A DNA stretch of 64,000 nt from Desulfonatronovibrionaceae bacterium (GCA_046539845.1 JBKHGE010000008.1:1-64000), one strand, 5' to 3'; shown: positions 18,981-28,756, counted from the stretch's first letter. Program-made: numbers and translations. The notes: generated from the letters alone by a model not told the origin.

Positions 18981-19754
18981 ATGATGCAGCGGCAGCTTTC
19001 GGCTTTTACAACCCTGGTCTTGAGGGAATCTTTACGGGACAGAGCAGCCCACATGCTCCTGGTTTCCGGGGTGGTGATGCTGTTTTTGTCCATAGTCCTG
19101 GGCAATATGGCCGTGGGCGAAGGGAAACGGGTCATCCAGAATATGGGTTTCTGGGTCTTGGGCCTGTGGGGCCTTTTCAGCCTTATGTATTTTGGGTCCA
19201 GGAATCTGAATATAGATCTGGAGAAAAAGACTATCTATCTGATCCTTTCCCGGCCAATAAAAAGACCTGTGTATTTGCTGGGGAAATACCTGGGCCTGAT
19301 AGCGGTTTTGGCCTGCTTGTTTGCGGTTTTGGCCCTGGTCTGGTTCGGGCTGCTTTTTTTGTGGCGGGTGCAGATAAGTGGGCTGCATTTCCTGGCTGCG
19401 TTGTTTATCTTCGGGGAATGGGTCCTTCTTGCCGCATTCAGCCTTTTTTTCTCCACCTTCACCACCCCGTTTACGCACAATTTTTTCTTGGCCGGGGTGT
19501 ATGTCTTGGGGCACTTGAGCAGTGACCTTCTTCGTTATGCCCGGATTACGGAAGTGGACTGGATGGGTACGCTTTTAACCGCAGTATATTATGTGTTCCC
19601 CAATCTGGAGGCCCTTAATTTCCGGGCATACGCCCTGTACAATGAACCGGTCGGTTTAGGCATGCCGTTGACCGCAACCGCGGTTTTGTTCGCCTGGGCG
19701 GGGGCAGCCTTTTTGGGGGCCAACGCAGTCTTTATGGGCAAGAAGATAAAGTGA
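18981..19754 (+). CDS. ABC-2 type permease (PilI-like)
   Basis: About 6 TM; KTIYLILSRPIKR..YLLGKYLG; YYVFPNLE. Confidence 0.88.
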   Translation: MMQRQLSAFTTLVLRESLRDRAAHMLLVSGVVMLFLSIVLGNMAVGEGKRVIQNMGFWVLGLWGLFSLMYFGSRNLNIDLEKKTIYLILSRPIKRPVYLLGKYLGLIAVLACLFAVLALVWFGLLFLWRVQISGLHFLAALFIFGEWVLLAAFSLFFSTFTTPFTHNFFLAGVYVLGHLSSDLLRYARITEVDWMGTLLTAVYYVFPNLEALNFRAYALYNEPVGLGMPLTATAVLFAWAGAAFLGANAVFMGKKIK

Positions 19755-19797
19755 GCCTTACCGGGATACCTGCCGGCAGTTAGGGTTCGGAGGAATA

Positions 19798-21957
19798 GTG
19801 ACAAGAAATATTTCGGTTCCAGCGAGCGGAGCTTCGGCCAGGAAGTGCACAGTCTTCTGGCTGATAGCCATCCTGATTTTTGTTGTTTATGCCAATACCA
19901 TAGATGACGAATTCCATTTTGACGATATTCCGAATATAGTCCGGGCCAAAAATGTCCACATAAAGTATCCCACCTTTAAGGAGCTTAAAAAGAGCACGAT
20001 CAAACAGAAAACAGAGAGGCTGTACCGGCCTGTAGCCAGGGTGAGCCTGGCTTTGAACTGGTATTTCGGGGGCAAAGATGTCACCGGCTATCATCTGGTA
20101 AATATAGCCGTGCACATTTTGGCCTGTTTTTTTCTGTACTTATCTATTCTGCTTATCCTTCAGGCCCCGCGCGCTTCGGATATTTCTCCAGAGTACCGGC
20201 AATTTATAGCCCTCTTGGCTGCAGTTCTCTGGGCGACAAATCCCATACAGACCCAGGCAGTTACCTATATAATCCAGAGAATGGCTTCTATGGCCGGTCT
20301 GTTTTATATTATGGGGATTTTCTTTTATCTGCGGGCAAGGCTGGGTACCAGCCGCATAAAAGAGGCTTTTCTATACTCAGGTGTTTTGTTTTGCTTTTTA
20401 TTCGCTGTGGGCAGCAAGGAAAACGCCATTGTCTTTCCCCTGGGCCTATTGCTCATTGAAGTTTGCTTTTTCCAGGATATGATCCGGATAAGGAACAAAA
20501 GATTTGCCCTGTACTCGTTGGCTTCGCTTGCGGGGCTGCTTTTGGCCGGTACGGCCCTGTTTTGGATAATGCGGGACAATCCCCTGCAGTATTTCGGGGA
20601 TCTGGCCGGGCAATACGAGGATAGGCCGTTTACCCTGGGCCAGAGGCTTTTGACCGAACCCAGGGTGGTCCTGTTCTATCTGTCCCAGATATTTTATCCC
20701 ATCGCCGATCGGCTGTCCCTGGTTCATGATTTTCCTCTCTCCACGTCGCTCTTTTCCCCTTGGACCACGTTTGTCTCCATATTGACGGTTTTCGGGGCAA
20801 TAATCTTCTGTCTGCTCACAATTACCAAGTTTCGCTTCCTCTCCTTTGCTGTCTTGTTCTTTTTTATAAATCATGCCGTGGAAGCAAGCATATTCCCTCT
20901 GGAGCTCGTTTTTGAACACCGCAACTATCTGCCGTCCATGTTTTTGTTTCTTCCGGTTGCCCTAGCCCTGGCCCGGGGGATAAATTATTATAAGACGCGA
21001 GGAAAGAAGCCCACGCAGTGGCTTCTGGTTAGCTTTGCGGCTTTGCTTATCTTTTTGTTCTCCACGGGGACATATGTGCGCAATATGGCCTGGGCTAACG
21101 ACAAAATCCTGTGGGAAGACGCGATTGAGAAAGCCCCGAACAGCGCAAGGCCGCATAACAACCTTGCTTTGCTGGTAAAGAAATATGACCCGAAGAGGGC
21201 TGAGAGTTTGTTTAAAATGGTAGAAAAAGGAACTCCAGTTAGAAAAGATAAAAATAAAATATTAGCATATACCAATCTGGCTTATATGTATTTGCAGGAA
21301 GGCAAATATGAACAATCTGAAGAATATTATAATAAGCTTCTTAAATACGATCCGGACTCAGAAAAAGGATGGATGGGGCTGATAAGCTGTTATCTGCAAG
21401 TTGGTGATTTGGGCAAGGCCTTGAGGCGTGCGGACATGGTCTTGGAAGACAATCCGGACCATCAAAGGGTGTTGGGACTTAAGAGTTTTATCCTCCTCAG
21501 GATGAACCGCCCGGACCAAGCCTATCCGGTGGTAAAGAAATATCTAGGTATGGTTCCGGATGATAAAAAGGCCCTTTTGAATATGGTGTGTGTTCTGCAT
21601 CGGCTTGAAAAATACAACCGGGCGAGGTCTTATCTTGACCGTTTGCTCCGGCTCTATCCTGGAGATCTGCCCGCCCGGCTTTTTGAGTTGGAAAGTCATC
21701 TGGCCGCAGGTGAAGAGGCAGAGGCCCGGACTTGTGCTGACCGGCTGCTCAAACAGTTTCCCCTAGCCAGGATAGGCGGATATTTTGCCGATATGGATAA
21801 AAAAGGCGGCATGGTCTGGCTGGTGGACAAAGGACTGCTCCTGCCCTTTCTGCAGCAGAGATTGAAAGGAAGAGGGGATGTTCTGTTAAGCGGCGGTAGC
21901 GCAAAAGGCCGGGGTTTTGATGCGGATATGGTGGAGGGAGCCTCCCCGGCATTTTAA
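19798..21957 (+). CDS. TMTC-like GT-C glycosyltransferase with C-terminal TPR repeats
   Basis: FHFDD first-loop acidic motif, YRP, YHLVNIAVH, PIQTQAVTYIIQR, SKENA, EHRNYLPS; polytopic N-half, TPRs in C-half. Confidence 0.82.
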   Translation: MTRNISVPASGASARKCTVFWLIAILIFVVYANTIDDEFHFDDIPNIVRAKNVHIKYPTFKELKKSTIKQKTERLYRPVARVSLALNWYFGGKDVTGYHLVNIAVHILACFFLYLSILLILQAPRASDISPEYRQFIALLAAVLWATNPIQTQAVTYIIQRMASMAGLFYIMGIFFYLRARLGTSRIKEAFLYSGVLFCFLFAVGSKENAIVFPLGLLLIEVCFFQDMIRIRNKRFALYSLASLAGLLLAGTALFWIMRDNPLQYFGDLAGQYEDRPFTLGQRLLTEPRVVLFYLSQIFYPIADRLSLVHDFPLSTSLFSPWTTFVSILTVFGAIIFCLLTITKFRFLSFAVLFFFINHAVEASIFPLELVFEHRNYLPSMFLFLPVALALARGINYYKTRGKKPTQWLLVSFAALLIFLFSTGTYVRNMAWANDKILWEDAIEKAPNSARPHNNLALLVKKYDPKRAESLFKMVEKGTPVRKDKNKILAYTNLAYMYLQEGKYEQSEEYYNKLLKYDPDSEKGWMGLISCYLQVGDLGKALRRADMVLEDNPDHQRVLGLKSFILLRMNRPDQAYPVVKKYLGMVPDDKKALLNMVCVLHRLEKYNRARSYLDRLLRLYPGDLPARLFELESHLAAGEEAEARTCADRLLKQFPLARIGGYFADMDKKGGMVWLVDKGLLLPFLQQRLKGRGDVLLSGGSAKGRGFDADMVEGASPAF

Positions 21958-21979
21958 TTTTACTGATCAGGACTGACTT

Positions 21980-22933
21980 ATGCACCTTGCAGTGATAATC
22001 CCCTGCTTAAATGAAGAGGCAACCATTAAAAGCGTGCTCGCCGCCATTCCGGAGGAGATACCCGGGGTGGATAAAATGGACGTTATTGTTGTTGACGACG
22101 GGTCCACGGACTCTACTGTTCAGATAGCTGAAGAGCATGGCGCCTCAGTTGTCAGCCACGGCAAGAACCTGGGGGTGGGGGCCGCTTTTAATACCGGGAT
22201 TTCCGAAGCCATAAACAGGGGCTGCGATATTGTGGTCAATATGGACGGGGACGGCCAGTTCAACCCGGAAGACATTCCCTCCCTGGTGGAACCCATTCTG
22301 AGAAAGCAAGCGGATTTTGTGACCGCTTCCCGGTTTTGCGATTCCTCGCTTACCCCGGAGATGCCGCTTATTAAAAAGTACGGGAACAGGGCCATGTCCC
22401 GGCTGATAAGTATGCTGACCCGCCAGAGGTTTTATGATGTCTCCTGCGGTTTTAGGGCCTATTCCCGGGAAGCTCTGCTGCGGCTGAATCTCATGGGCCA
22501 GTTCACCTATACCCAGGAGACTTTTCTGGACCTGGCCTTTAAGGACCTGGTGATAATGGAGGTGCCCCTGGAAGTGAAAGGCGAGCGCGAATTCGGCTCT
22601 TCCCGGGTGGCCGGGAGCATCAGCAGGTATGCCTTTAATTCCGCAAAGATAATATTTCGGACCTTTAGGGACTATAAGCCCTTGCAATTTTTCGGCATTA
22701 TCGCCGCGGCTTTTCTGGCCGCTTCCTTTGTCCTGGGTGTATTCTTTCTGGCCCACTACTTTTATACCGGCCATTTTAGCGGCCACCTCTGGGCCGGGTT
22801 CACCTCCGGGTTCCTTTTTTCCATGGGCATAGTATTTCTGGCAGTCGGGCTTCTGGCGGACATGTTTGTCCGCATAAGGAAAAATCAGGAAAAACTTTTA
22901 TACTACCAGAAAAAGAAACAAAACAGCAAATAG
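21980..22933 (+). CDS. GT2 polyprenol-phosphate glycosyltransferase (DPM1/GtrB-like) with two C-terminal TM helices
   Basis: IPCLNEE, VDDGSTD, MDGDGQ, DVSCGFRAY. Confidence 0.9.
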   Translation: MHLAVIIPCLNEEATIKSVLAAIPEEIPGVDKMDVIVVDDGSTDSTVQIAEEHGASVVSHGKNLGVGAAFNTGISEAINRGCDIVVNMDGDGQFNPEDIPSLVEPILRKQADFVTASRFCDSSLTPEMPLIKKYGNRAMSRLISMLTRQRFYDVSCGFRAYSREALLRLNLMGQFTYTQETFLDLAFKDLVIMEVPLEVKGEREFGSSRVAGSISRYAFNSAKIIFRTFRDYKPLQFFGIIAAAFLAASFVLGVFFLAHYFYTGHFSGHLWAGFTSGFLFSMGIVFLAVGLLADMFVRIRKNQEKLLYYQKKKQNSK

Positions 22934-22951
22934 GATAGACAACGAAAAAGG

Positions 22952-23722
22952 ATGCCTGAGTTCAACGATGTTCCGGAGAAGATGTTTTTTATTCTTTCCA
23001 CCGGCCGAACCGGCACCCATTTCTTTGAGAAGTATATAAATTCTACCTGTGAGCGGCACATATGTCTGCATGAGCCCAAGCCCTCCAGAAGATTTAAGAT
23101 TCTATCCAATTTATATATTCAGGGTAAAATTTCCGATCAGTTTGTATTCTACAGGTATCTGCAAGCCAGAAAGAGATATTTTAAAGGAAATAAAGGTTGC
23201 AGCTTTGTAGAGTCGAACAATTTTATGTTTGGCTGCATACCGGCGATCAGCAAATATTTAAATAACGTAAATGTGATTCATATAGTCAGGCATCCGGTTT
23301 CTTATATTATCTCGCATTTGAATCACGGCTTTTGGAGGGGTAGAAAGAAGGTAATCGCCAAGTATATGCCATACTGGCTGGAAGACATTGGGAGAAAAGA
23401 TGATCCGGTGCGTATCCTGGCGAGAAGATGGGGCTATGTTAATGAGCGTATAAACAGTTACAACCCCTTACTAAGGTATATGTGTATAAGGTTTGAGGAC
23501 TTGTTTGATAGGGATGAACAAGGGGCCTTATCGGCGATCAATAGCGTAAGACGATTTTTGGGATGTCCTGAATTAAGCGATTCACTAAATTACAAATTTA
23601 TAAAAAAACCTACCAATGTATCCCGGGGCAAACAGGGTTTAACTGATTTGCATCCCAGAGACATTGATTATGTTAATACCCAATTGGGCCCTTTGATGAA
23701 AAAATTCGGTTACTGGAATTGA
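22952..23722 (+). CDS. Sulfotransferase family protein
   Basis: 5'-PSB-like STGRTGT, HEP, 3'-PB-like HIVRHP..S, RFEDL. Confidence 0.75.
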   Translation: MPEFNDVPEKMFFILSTGRTGTHFFEKYINSTCERHICLHEPKPSRRFKILSNLYIQGKISDQFVFYRYLQARKRYFKGNKGCSFVESNNFMFGCIPAISKYLNNVNVIHIVRHPVSYIISHLNHGFWRGRKKVIAKYMPYWLEDIGRKDDPVRILARRWGYVNERINSYNPLLRYMCIRFEDLFDRDEQGALSAINSVRRFLGCPELSDSLNYKFIKKPTNVSRGKQGLTDLHPRDIDYVNTQLGPLMKKFGYWN

Positions 23723-23729
23723 GTCGAAT

Positions 23730-24683
23730 ATGAAGGTTTTTATTTGTGGTGTAGGGCGTTCCGGGACAACTTATCTAAAAGAACTGCTCAATTCCCACCC
23801 TGATGTCTTTATTCCTACCGAGTCTTTGTTTTTAGTGGATTATTTGCGATATCAACACAAAATCCCCATTGGTTATCTGAGTTTTTTATTCTTCAAAGAG
23901 CCTCAACTGAGATCCTGGTACAAAGGACGGCCTTTTTCCTTTAATTGCATAGAGGAGGCGATTGACCAAGTCCATAAACAGGCCATGGAGGACAAAGGGG
24001 CCAGTTTTTGGGGGCAAAAAACCCCGCGCTTTATTCGTCATGTCGAACTCTTAAACTCGGCATACGATGATCTAAAATGGGTTTTTATTTACCGCGATCC
24101 CCGGGCAGTAGTAGCTTCCATGCTGGCCTCCAAAAGGCATACTTACAGCGTTAAAAGGGCCTGCAAAAGATGGTTGAAGGACAATGCCCCTATTGTCAGC
24201 CGCCTGGAAAACAGGTGCGGCAAAAACGAAAAGATAATAAAATATGAAGAATTTGTCCGGGACTTTGAAGAGCAGTTAGAAGAGCTCCTTGCCTATTTGA
24301 ATCTGAAGCCTGTTTCGGTTGAAGGGCTTGAGGAAAATTTTTCCCCGACAATATATGTGTATTCCAATGCAAAATTTAAGGTCAATACTGTAAGAAACGG
24401 GTTGAGGCCGGATAAAAGCAGGATTTTTTCATTTCAAAATAGGCTTAATAGATGGCAGATGAGGCTAGTTGAGTTTTATTGCAAAAACTTAATGGCAAGA
24501 ATGGGATATGCATGTCAATACGAGAGTGATAGTATATCTAAGCTTGACAAAGTAAGGGATTGGGTTGCTGGTCTAAAAGACATCTTGATACTTTTTCAGT
24601 ATCTATTGAAATGGCCTTCATATTTGGTTGTCACCTTTATACGTAAATCTTCTTTTTTCTTACTGTCCAGGATCACAAGGTGA
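23730..24683 (+). CDS. Sulfotransferase (Sulfotransfer_3-like)
   Basis: GVGRSGTT..ELLNSHP, WGQKTP, IYRDPRAVVAS, KYEE. Confidence 0.88.
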   Translation: MKVFICGVGRSGTTYLKELLNSHPDVFIPTESLFLVDYLRYQHKIPIGYLSFLFFKEPQLRSWYKGRPFSFNCIEEAIDQVHKQAMEDKGASFWGQKTPRFIRHVELLNSAYDDLKWVFIYRDPRAVVASMLASKRHTYSVKRACKRWLKDNAPIVSRLENRCGKNEKIIKYEEFVRDFEEQLEELLAYLNLKPVSVEGLEENFSPTIYVYSNAKFKVNTVRNGLRPDKSRIFSFQNRLNRWQMRLVEFYCKNLMARMGYACQYESDSISKLDKVRDWVAGLKDILILFQYLLKWPSYLVVTFIRKSSFFLLSRITR

Positions 24684-25600
24684 TGCTAAAAGTCAAAAAG
24701 TTTTGTTTTGCTTTACTGCAATATTTGCCGTTTATAGCGATATTGTTCGTATTTATTAAGTATTATGGTTATCGCGAGCTGTCACTGCCTCAAATTGAAA
24801 GCTGGCCTTTTTTTTTGTGTTCGCTCCTTTCGCTGTTTTTTGTCTTTTTTATGCGGAGTGTGATCTGGATGTATGTCCTTCTGATCTGTGGCTTGCGTAT
24901 AAATCTCAAGCTGGCCTTTGTGAGCAAAAATATCGCTTTGCTTATGAAGTATATCCCCGGAAAAGTATGGGCTCATGCGGGTACGGCCGGATTTTTATGG
25001 AAAAAGGGTTTTGCGCCGGACAGGGTCTTCTTGCTCTCCTTATTTACTCAAATCCTGACCATTATTTCCGGTCTGCTTGCCGGATGCTTCGGCATGTTCT
25101 TTCTGGATAAAAATATTCTGGAATGGGAAAAAAGTATTTTTATACTGCTGCCTTTAGCAGTTGTTTTTGCAGTTATTTATCTTTGTCGAAATAAACTGCT
25201 TGAGAAGATGGGGCCTTTTTGGGCCCTCTTTAGATCTTTTAGTATTTTCCGGCTGGTTTTCATATTCGTTTTTTATTTTGTCCATTGGCTGGTCCTGGGT
25301 TTTTCCTACCTCCTTTTATTTAACTCCCTGGGTTTTTCCCTTTCGGGTGCAGTGATTTTTCTGCAGCCCTTGGCCAATAATATCGGGATGCTCGCGATGT
25401 TTGTCCCCAGCGGAATGGGAGTGCGGGAGGGGATGATGGCTTTGTACCTGGACCAGCTAGGCCTCGGGCTGGCCATTGGGACCTATCTGGCGATTATAAG
25501 CCGGATTTGGTTCCTTTTGGTCGAAGTAATCCTCTTTTTTGTGTCCTGGATTCTTGAGCTGCAGTCCAGGCTTGGCTCCGGAGCTATTGCCCGACGGTGA
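24680..25600 (+). CDS. Lysylphosphatidylglycerol-synthase-TM / UPF0104 flippase-like membrane protein
   Basis: KYIPGKVW and FVPSGMGVREG motifs, about 8 TM. Confidence 0.8.
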   Translation: MMLKVKKFCFALLQYLPFIAILFVFIKYYGYRELSLPQIESWPFFLCSLLSLFFVFFMRSVIWMYVLLICGLRINLKLAFVSKNIALLMKYIPGKVWAHAGTAGFLWKKGFAPDRVFLLSLFTQILTIISGLLAGCFGMFFLDKNILEWEKSIFILLPLAVVFAVIYLCRNKLLEKMGPFWALFRSFSIFRLVFIFVFYFVHWLVLGFSYLLLFNSLGFSLSGAVIFLQPLANNIGMLAMFVPSGMGVREGMMALYLDQLGLGLAIGTYLAIISRIWFLLVEVILFFVSWILELQSRLGSGAIARR

Positions 25601-25619
25601 CCCCCGGAGCCGGGCCGTA

Positions 25620-27305
25620 TTACCTGGTCAGCTTGCGGTATTTTATCCTCTGCGGGATGTCTGCGTTTTTGCCCAGTCTTTTGCGTTTGTCTTGCATGTA
25701 TTCGGAGAAGTTGCCGTTAAACCACATGACCTGGCTGTTGCCCTCAAAGGCCAGGATGTGCGTGGCCACCCGGTCCAAAAACCAGCGGTCATGGCTTATG
25801 ATCAGCGCGGAGCCGGCAAAATTGAGGAGCGCCTCCTCCAGGGAGCGCATGGTGTTTACATCCAGGTCGTTGGTGGGCTCATCCAGAAGCAGGAGATTGG
25901 CCCCCTGCTTGACCATCATGGCCAGATGCACCCGGTTGCGGATTCCCCCGGACAGCTCGGAGACCTTTTTCTGCTGTTCCTGACCGGCTATGTTGAATTT
26001 GGCGATGTATGCCCGGGCGTTTATCTCCCTGCCCCCGAGGTTGACTGTCTCCTTTCCTTCGCTTACCGCTTCAAACACGGTTTTATCCCCTTCAAGGGCC
26101 TCCCGGTTCTGTTCCACGTAAGCGGGGCGGACGCTGCTGCCTATTTTAAGAGTGCCGCTGTCCGGCTCATCCTCCCCGGTAATCATCTTGAACAGGGTGG
26201 TTTTTCCCGCTCCATTGGGGCCGATTATGCCCACTATCGCTCCCGGGGGGACGGTGAAATTCATGTCCTCCATCAAGAGGATGTCCTCAAAGGCCTTGTT
26301 CACACCCTCGGTCCGGACCACCTCGTCACCCAGCCGCGGTCCCGGGGGTATGTATATCTCCAGGTCGTTTATCTTTTCCTTTGCATCCTGGTTTAATAGC
26401 TGGCTGTAATTCTTTATCCTCTGCGCGGTCTTTTCATGCTGGCCGTGCGCGCCCATGCCGATCCATTCCAGTTCCCGCTCCAGGGTTTTTTTCCAGACGG
26501 AGTCGGCTTTTTTGCTTTGCTGCAGCCTCTTTTGTTTCTGCTTCAGCCAGGAGGAGTAATTCCCTTTCCAGGGGACTCCGTGCCCCCGGTCCAGCTCCAG
26601 GATCCATCCGGCCACGTTGTTTAAAAAGAACCGGTCATGGGTGACCGCTATGACCGTTCCTTCGTACTGCTGCAGGTGGTGCTCCAGCCAGGCCACGGTT
26701 TCCGCGTCCAGGTGATTGGTGGGCTCATCCAAGAGCAGGATGTCCGGCTTCTTAAGAAGCAGGCGGCAAAGAGCCACTCTGCGGCGTTCCCCCCCGGAAA
26801 TTATTTTGATCGGAGTGTCCTTGGGCGGGCAGCGCAGGGCGTCCATGGCCATTTCCAGCTGGCTGTCCACTTCCCAGGCCCCGGCGGCATCCAGCTTTTC
26901 CTGCACCGCGGCCTGACGGTCCAGGAGCTTTTGCATCTCATCATCGTCCATGGGCTCGGCGAATGCGGCGTTTATCTCCTCGAATTCCTGCAAGAGATCA
27001 AAAGTCTCTTTAAGCCCCTCGGCGACCACGTCCCGCACTGTCTTGGAGTCGTCCAGCTCCGGCTCCTGCTCCAAGTAGCCAACGGTATAGCCGGGAGCCA
27101 GATGGGTCTCGCCCTGAAAATTTTGGTCTACTCCGGCCATTATGCGCAAAAGCGTGCTTTTCCCGGAGGCGTTCAGACCGATGACCCCGATCTTGGCCCC
27201 GTAGAAGTAGGAGAGGGAGATATCCTTTATCACCGGGCGATCGTTATATGTCTTGGCCACCTTGACCATGGAATAGATTATTTTATTCGGCTCGTCTTGA
27301 CTCAT
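25620..27305 (-). CDS. ettA: Energy-dependent translational throttle ABC-F protein
   Basis: DISLSYFYGAKIGVIGLN, two ABC domains, ELDRG..PWKGNYSSWL, ends RIKYRKLTR. Confidence 0.95.
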   Translation of the reverse strand: MSQDEPNKIIYSMVKVAKTYNDRPVIKDISLSYFYGAKIGVIGLNASGKSTLLRIMAGVDQNFQGETHLAPGYTVGYLEQEPELDDSKTVRDVVAEGLKETFDLLQEFEEINAAFAEPMDDDEMQKLLDRQAAVQEKLDAAGAWEVDSQLEMAMDALRCPPKDTPIKIISGGERRRVALCRLLLKKPDILLLDEPTNHLDAETVAWLEHHLQQYEGTVIAVTHDRFFLNNVAGWILELDRGHGVPWKGNYSSWLKQKQKRLQQSKKADSVWKKTLERELEWIGMGAHGQHEKTAQRIKNYSQLLNQDAKEKINDLEIYIPPGPRLGDEVVRTEGVNKAFEDILLMEDMNFTVPPGAIVGIIGPNGAGKTTLFKMITGEDEPDSGTLKIGSSVRPAYVEQNREALEGDKTVFEAVSEGKETVNLGGREINARAYIAKFNIAGQEQQKKVSELSGGIRNRVHLAMMVKQGANLLLLDEPTNDLDVNTMRSLEEALLNFAGSALIISHDRWFLDRVATHILAFEGNSQVMWFNGNFSEYMQDKRKRLGKNADIPQRIKYRKLTR

Positions 27306-27531
27306 TTTATCCTCGATTTTTTGTTGTTCTGTTGTGCATGGGGTATGTCCCGGTAAAAAGGGCAAAGTCCGAACTCAAAAGTGTCCTTTGGCCGGAAAGG
27401 GTTGGTTGATTTTACTCATGAAATCCGCTCAGAAAAAATAAAAAAGTTTGTACCCCCAATACGCCAAGGACGCAAAGTTGAAGGCGCGAGGCATTGCTTG
27501 CTTTCCTTAGCGATCTTTGTCTCATGAGCCT

Positions 27532-27554
27532 GGCACTCAGGATGCCTGAGTGCC
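27532..27554. repeat. REP-like palindrome
   Basis: GGCACTCAGG-ATG-CCTGAGTGCC; the GGCACTCAGG word recurs at 61817-61826. Confidence 0.5.
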
Positions 27555-27701
27555 GGATCGTCGGTTAATATTTTTTTCTTGGGTTGCGGACAAAGCTCGC
27601 CTTAGTAGGACTAAAGGACAATATCTTGGGGCGGCTCCTGTCTTGTTGTGGATACAAAACCAGTCTGCAGGTGTCCAGCGGTGATTTTAAGGGGCGGACA
27701 A

Positions 27702-27731
27702 AGAAAGTCGGGGCCTGAGCCCCGACTTTCT
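27702..27731 (-). terminator. Terminator of the split-Soret cytochrome gene
   Basis: AGAAAGTCGGGGC-CTGA-GCCCCGACTTTCT 13-bp perfect stem. Confidence 0.75.
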
Positions 27732-27767
27732 GTTCGAGGAGGAGAGCAGTTAGCCCCCGGATCGGAG

Positions 27768-28619
27768 CTAATTGTCAGGGTGGTGCGGATCCACCATGGA
27801 GGATTCGCCCTTAATATGGCAGCCGCTGCAGTCCATTTTGCCCCGACTCCAGCCGCCAACTTCATATGATTTGTCCTTACTGTGACAGGCCCGACAGGAG
27901 TGTGCAAGATCGGATTCTGAGTATTGGGCCTGGAAAGACCCGGAGTGATAAGCGTTTAAAATCTCGACCGTCTTGGCCGCTACATCCCCGACCATTCTGG
28001 CGCAGCGTTCGCTCCGGTCCGAGCAGCCGGACCCGCATCCGTTTTCCTTGCACCATTTGCATACACTGACATGGCACAAAGGGGATTTGGACACGGTCTG
28101 CTCTAACACCTTGGTCGACTTATTGATCTTAAAAGCTTTATTTTTGGCCAGTTCATTGCTCTTTTCGCTCGGGAAAGGGGTCTCACAATACCAGGCGACC
28201 AGCTCACTGGAGAGCTTGTAAAAATCCTCAGAGGTAAGAGAGATGGCGGCGCAGGCACCGTTCAGTGCGCCGCACAGAGTACACCATCCGGCCACACCGC
28301 CCCCGCCGAATCCCATGATCTGCACTGGCAGACATGTGTACGGCTTGCCGATTTTTTCCTGCAGCTCGGAGACAATGGCGTACAGTGCGCCCTGGGAACA
28401 GTCCCCGTCATAGTACCCGTCATGACCCTTAATACGCACTTTCTCAGGATCCAGTTTAACATAAGGCCACGGCCATTCAAACTCTTCGTTGACTGCTGCA
28501 GATGATTGAGGGGCGAAAAAAAGACCATGCCCGATAAATGCGGCCGTGGTTCCGGCCAAGGCAGTTCCAGCACCGCTAAGGAATTTTCTGCGCGAAATAC
28601 TGTTTTGGTCTTGACTCAT
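27768..28619 (-). CDS. Split-Soret cytochrome c-like protein (C-GCAxxG-C-C family, diheme, Tat signal)
   Basis: SRRKFL Tat motif, WPYVKLDP, CSQG, LCGALNG, LCHVSV, ERCAR, C-terminal CRACH and CSGCH. Confidence 0.88.
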   Translation of the reverse strand: MSQDQNSISRRKFLSGAGTALAGTTAAFIGHGLFFAPQSSAAVNEEFEWPWPYVKLDPEKVRIKGHDGYYDGDCSQGALYAIVSELQEKIGKPYTCLPVQIMGFGGGGVAGWCTLCGALNGACAAISLTSEDFYKLSSELVAWYCETPFPSEKSNELAKNKAFKINKSTKVLEQTVSKSPLCHVSVCKWCKENGCGSGCSDRSERCARMVGDVAAKTVEILNAYHSGSFQAQYSESDLAHSCRACHSKDKSYEVGGWSRGKMDCSGCHIKGESSMVDPHHPDN

Positions 28620-28678
28620 TTTCTTCTCCTTTGAGGTTTATCTTGATAAATTTTTTTACGATATTTTTGTGTATGTTC

Positions 28679-28695
28679 AGCAACAGCTGTGCCGG
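28679..28695 (-). promoter_or_regulatory. Sigma54 -24/-12 promoter of the cytochrome gene
   Basis: Minus strand CCGGCACAGCTGTTGCT = GG-N10-GC, 60 bp upstream of ATG. Confidence 0.85.
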
Positions 28696-28756
28696 AAAAT
28701 ATATTTTTCATCTCTTTGATTTCTTTGTATTTTGATTTGGGCGCGAATCTGCTTTT

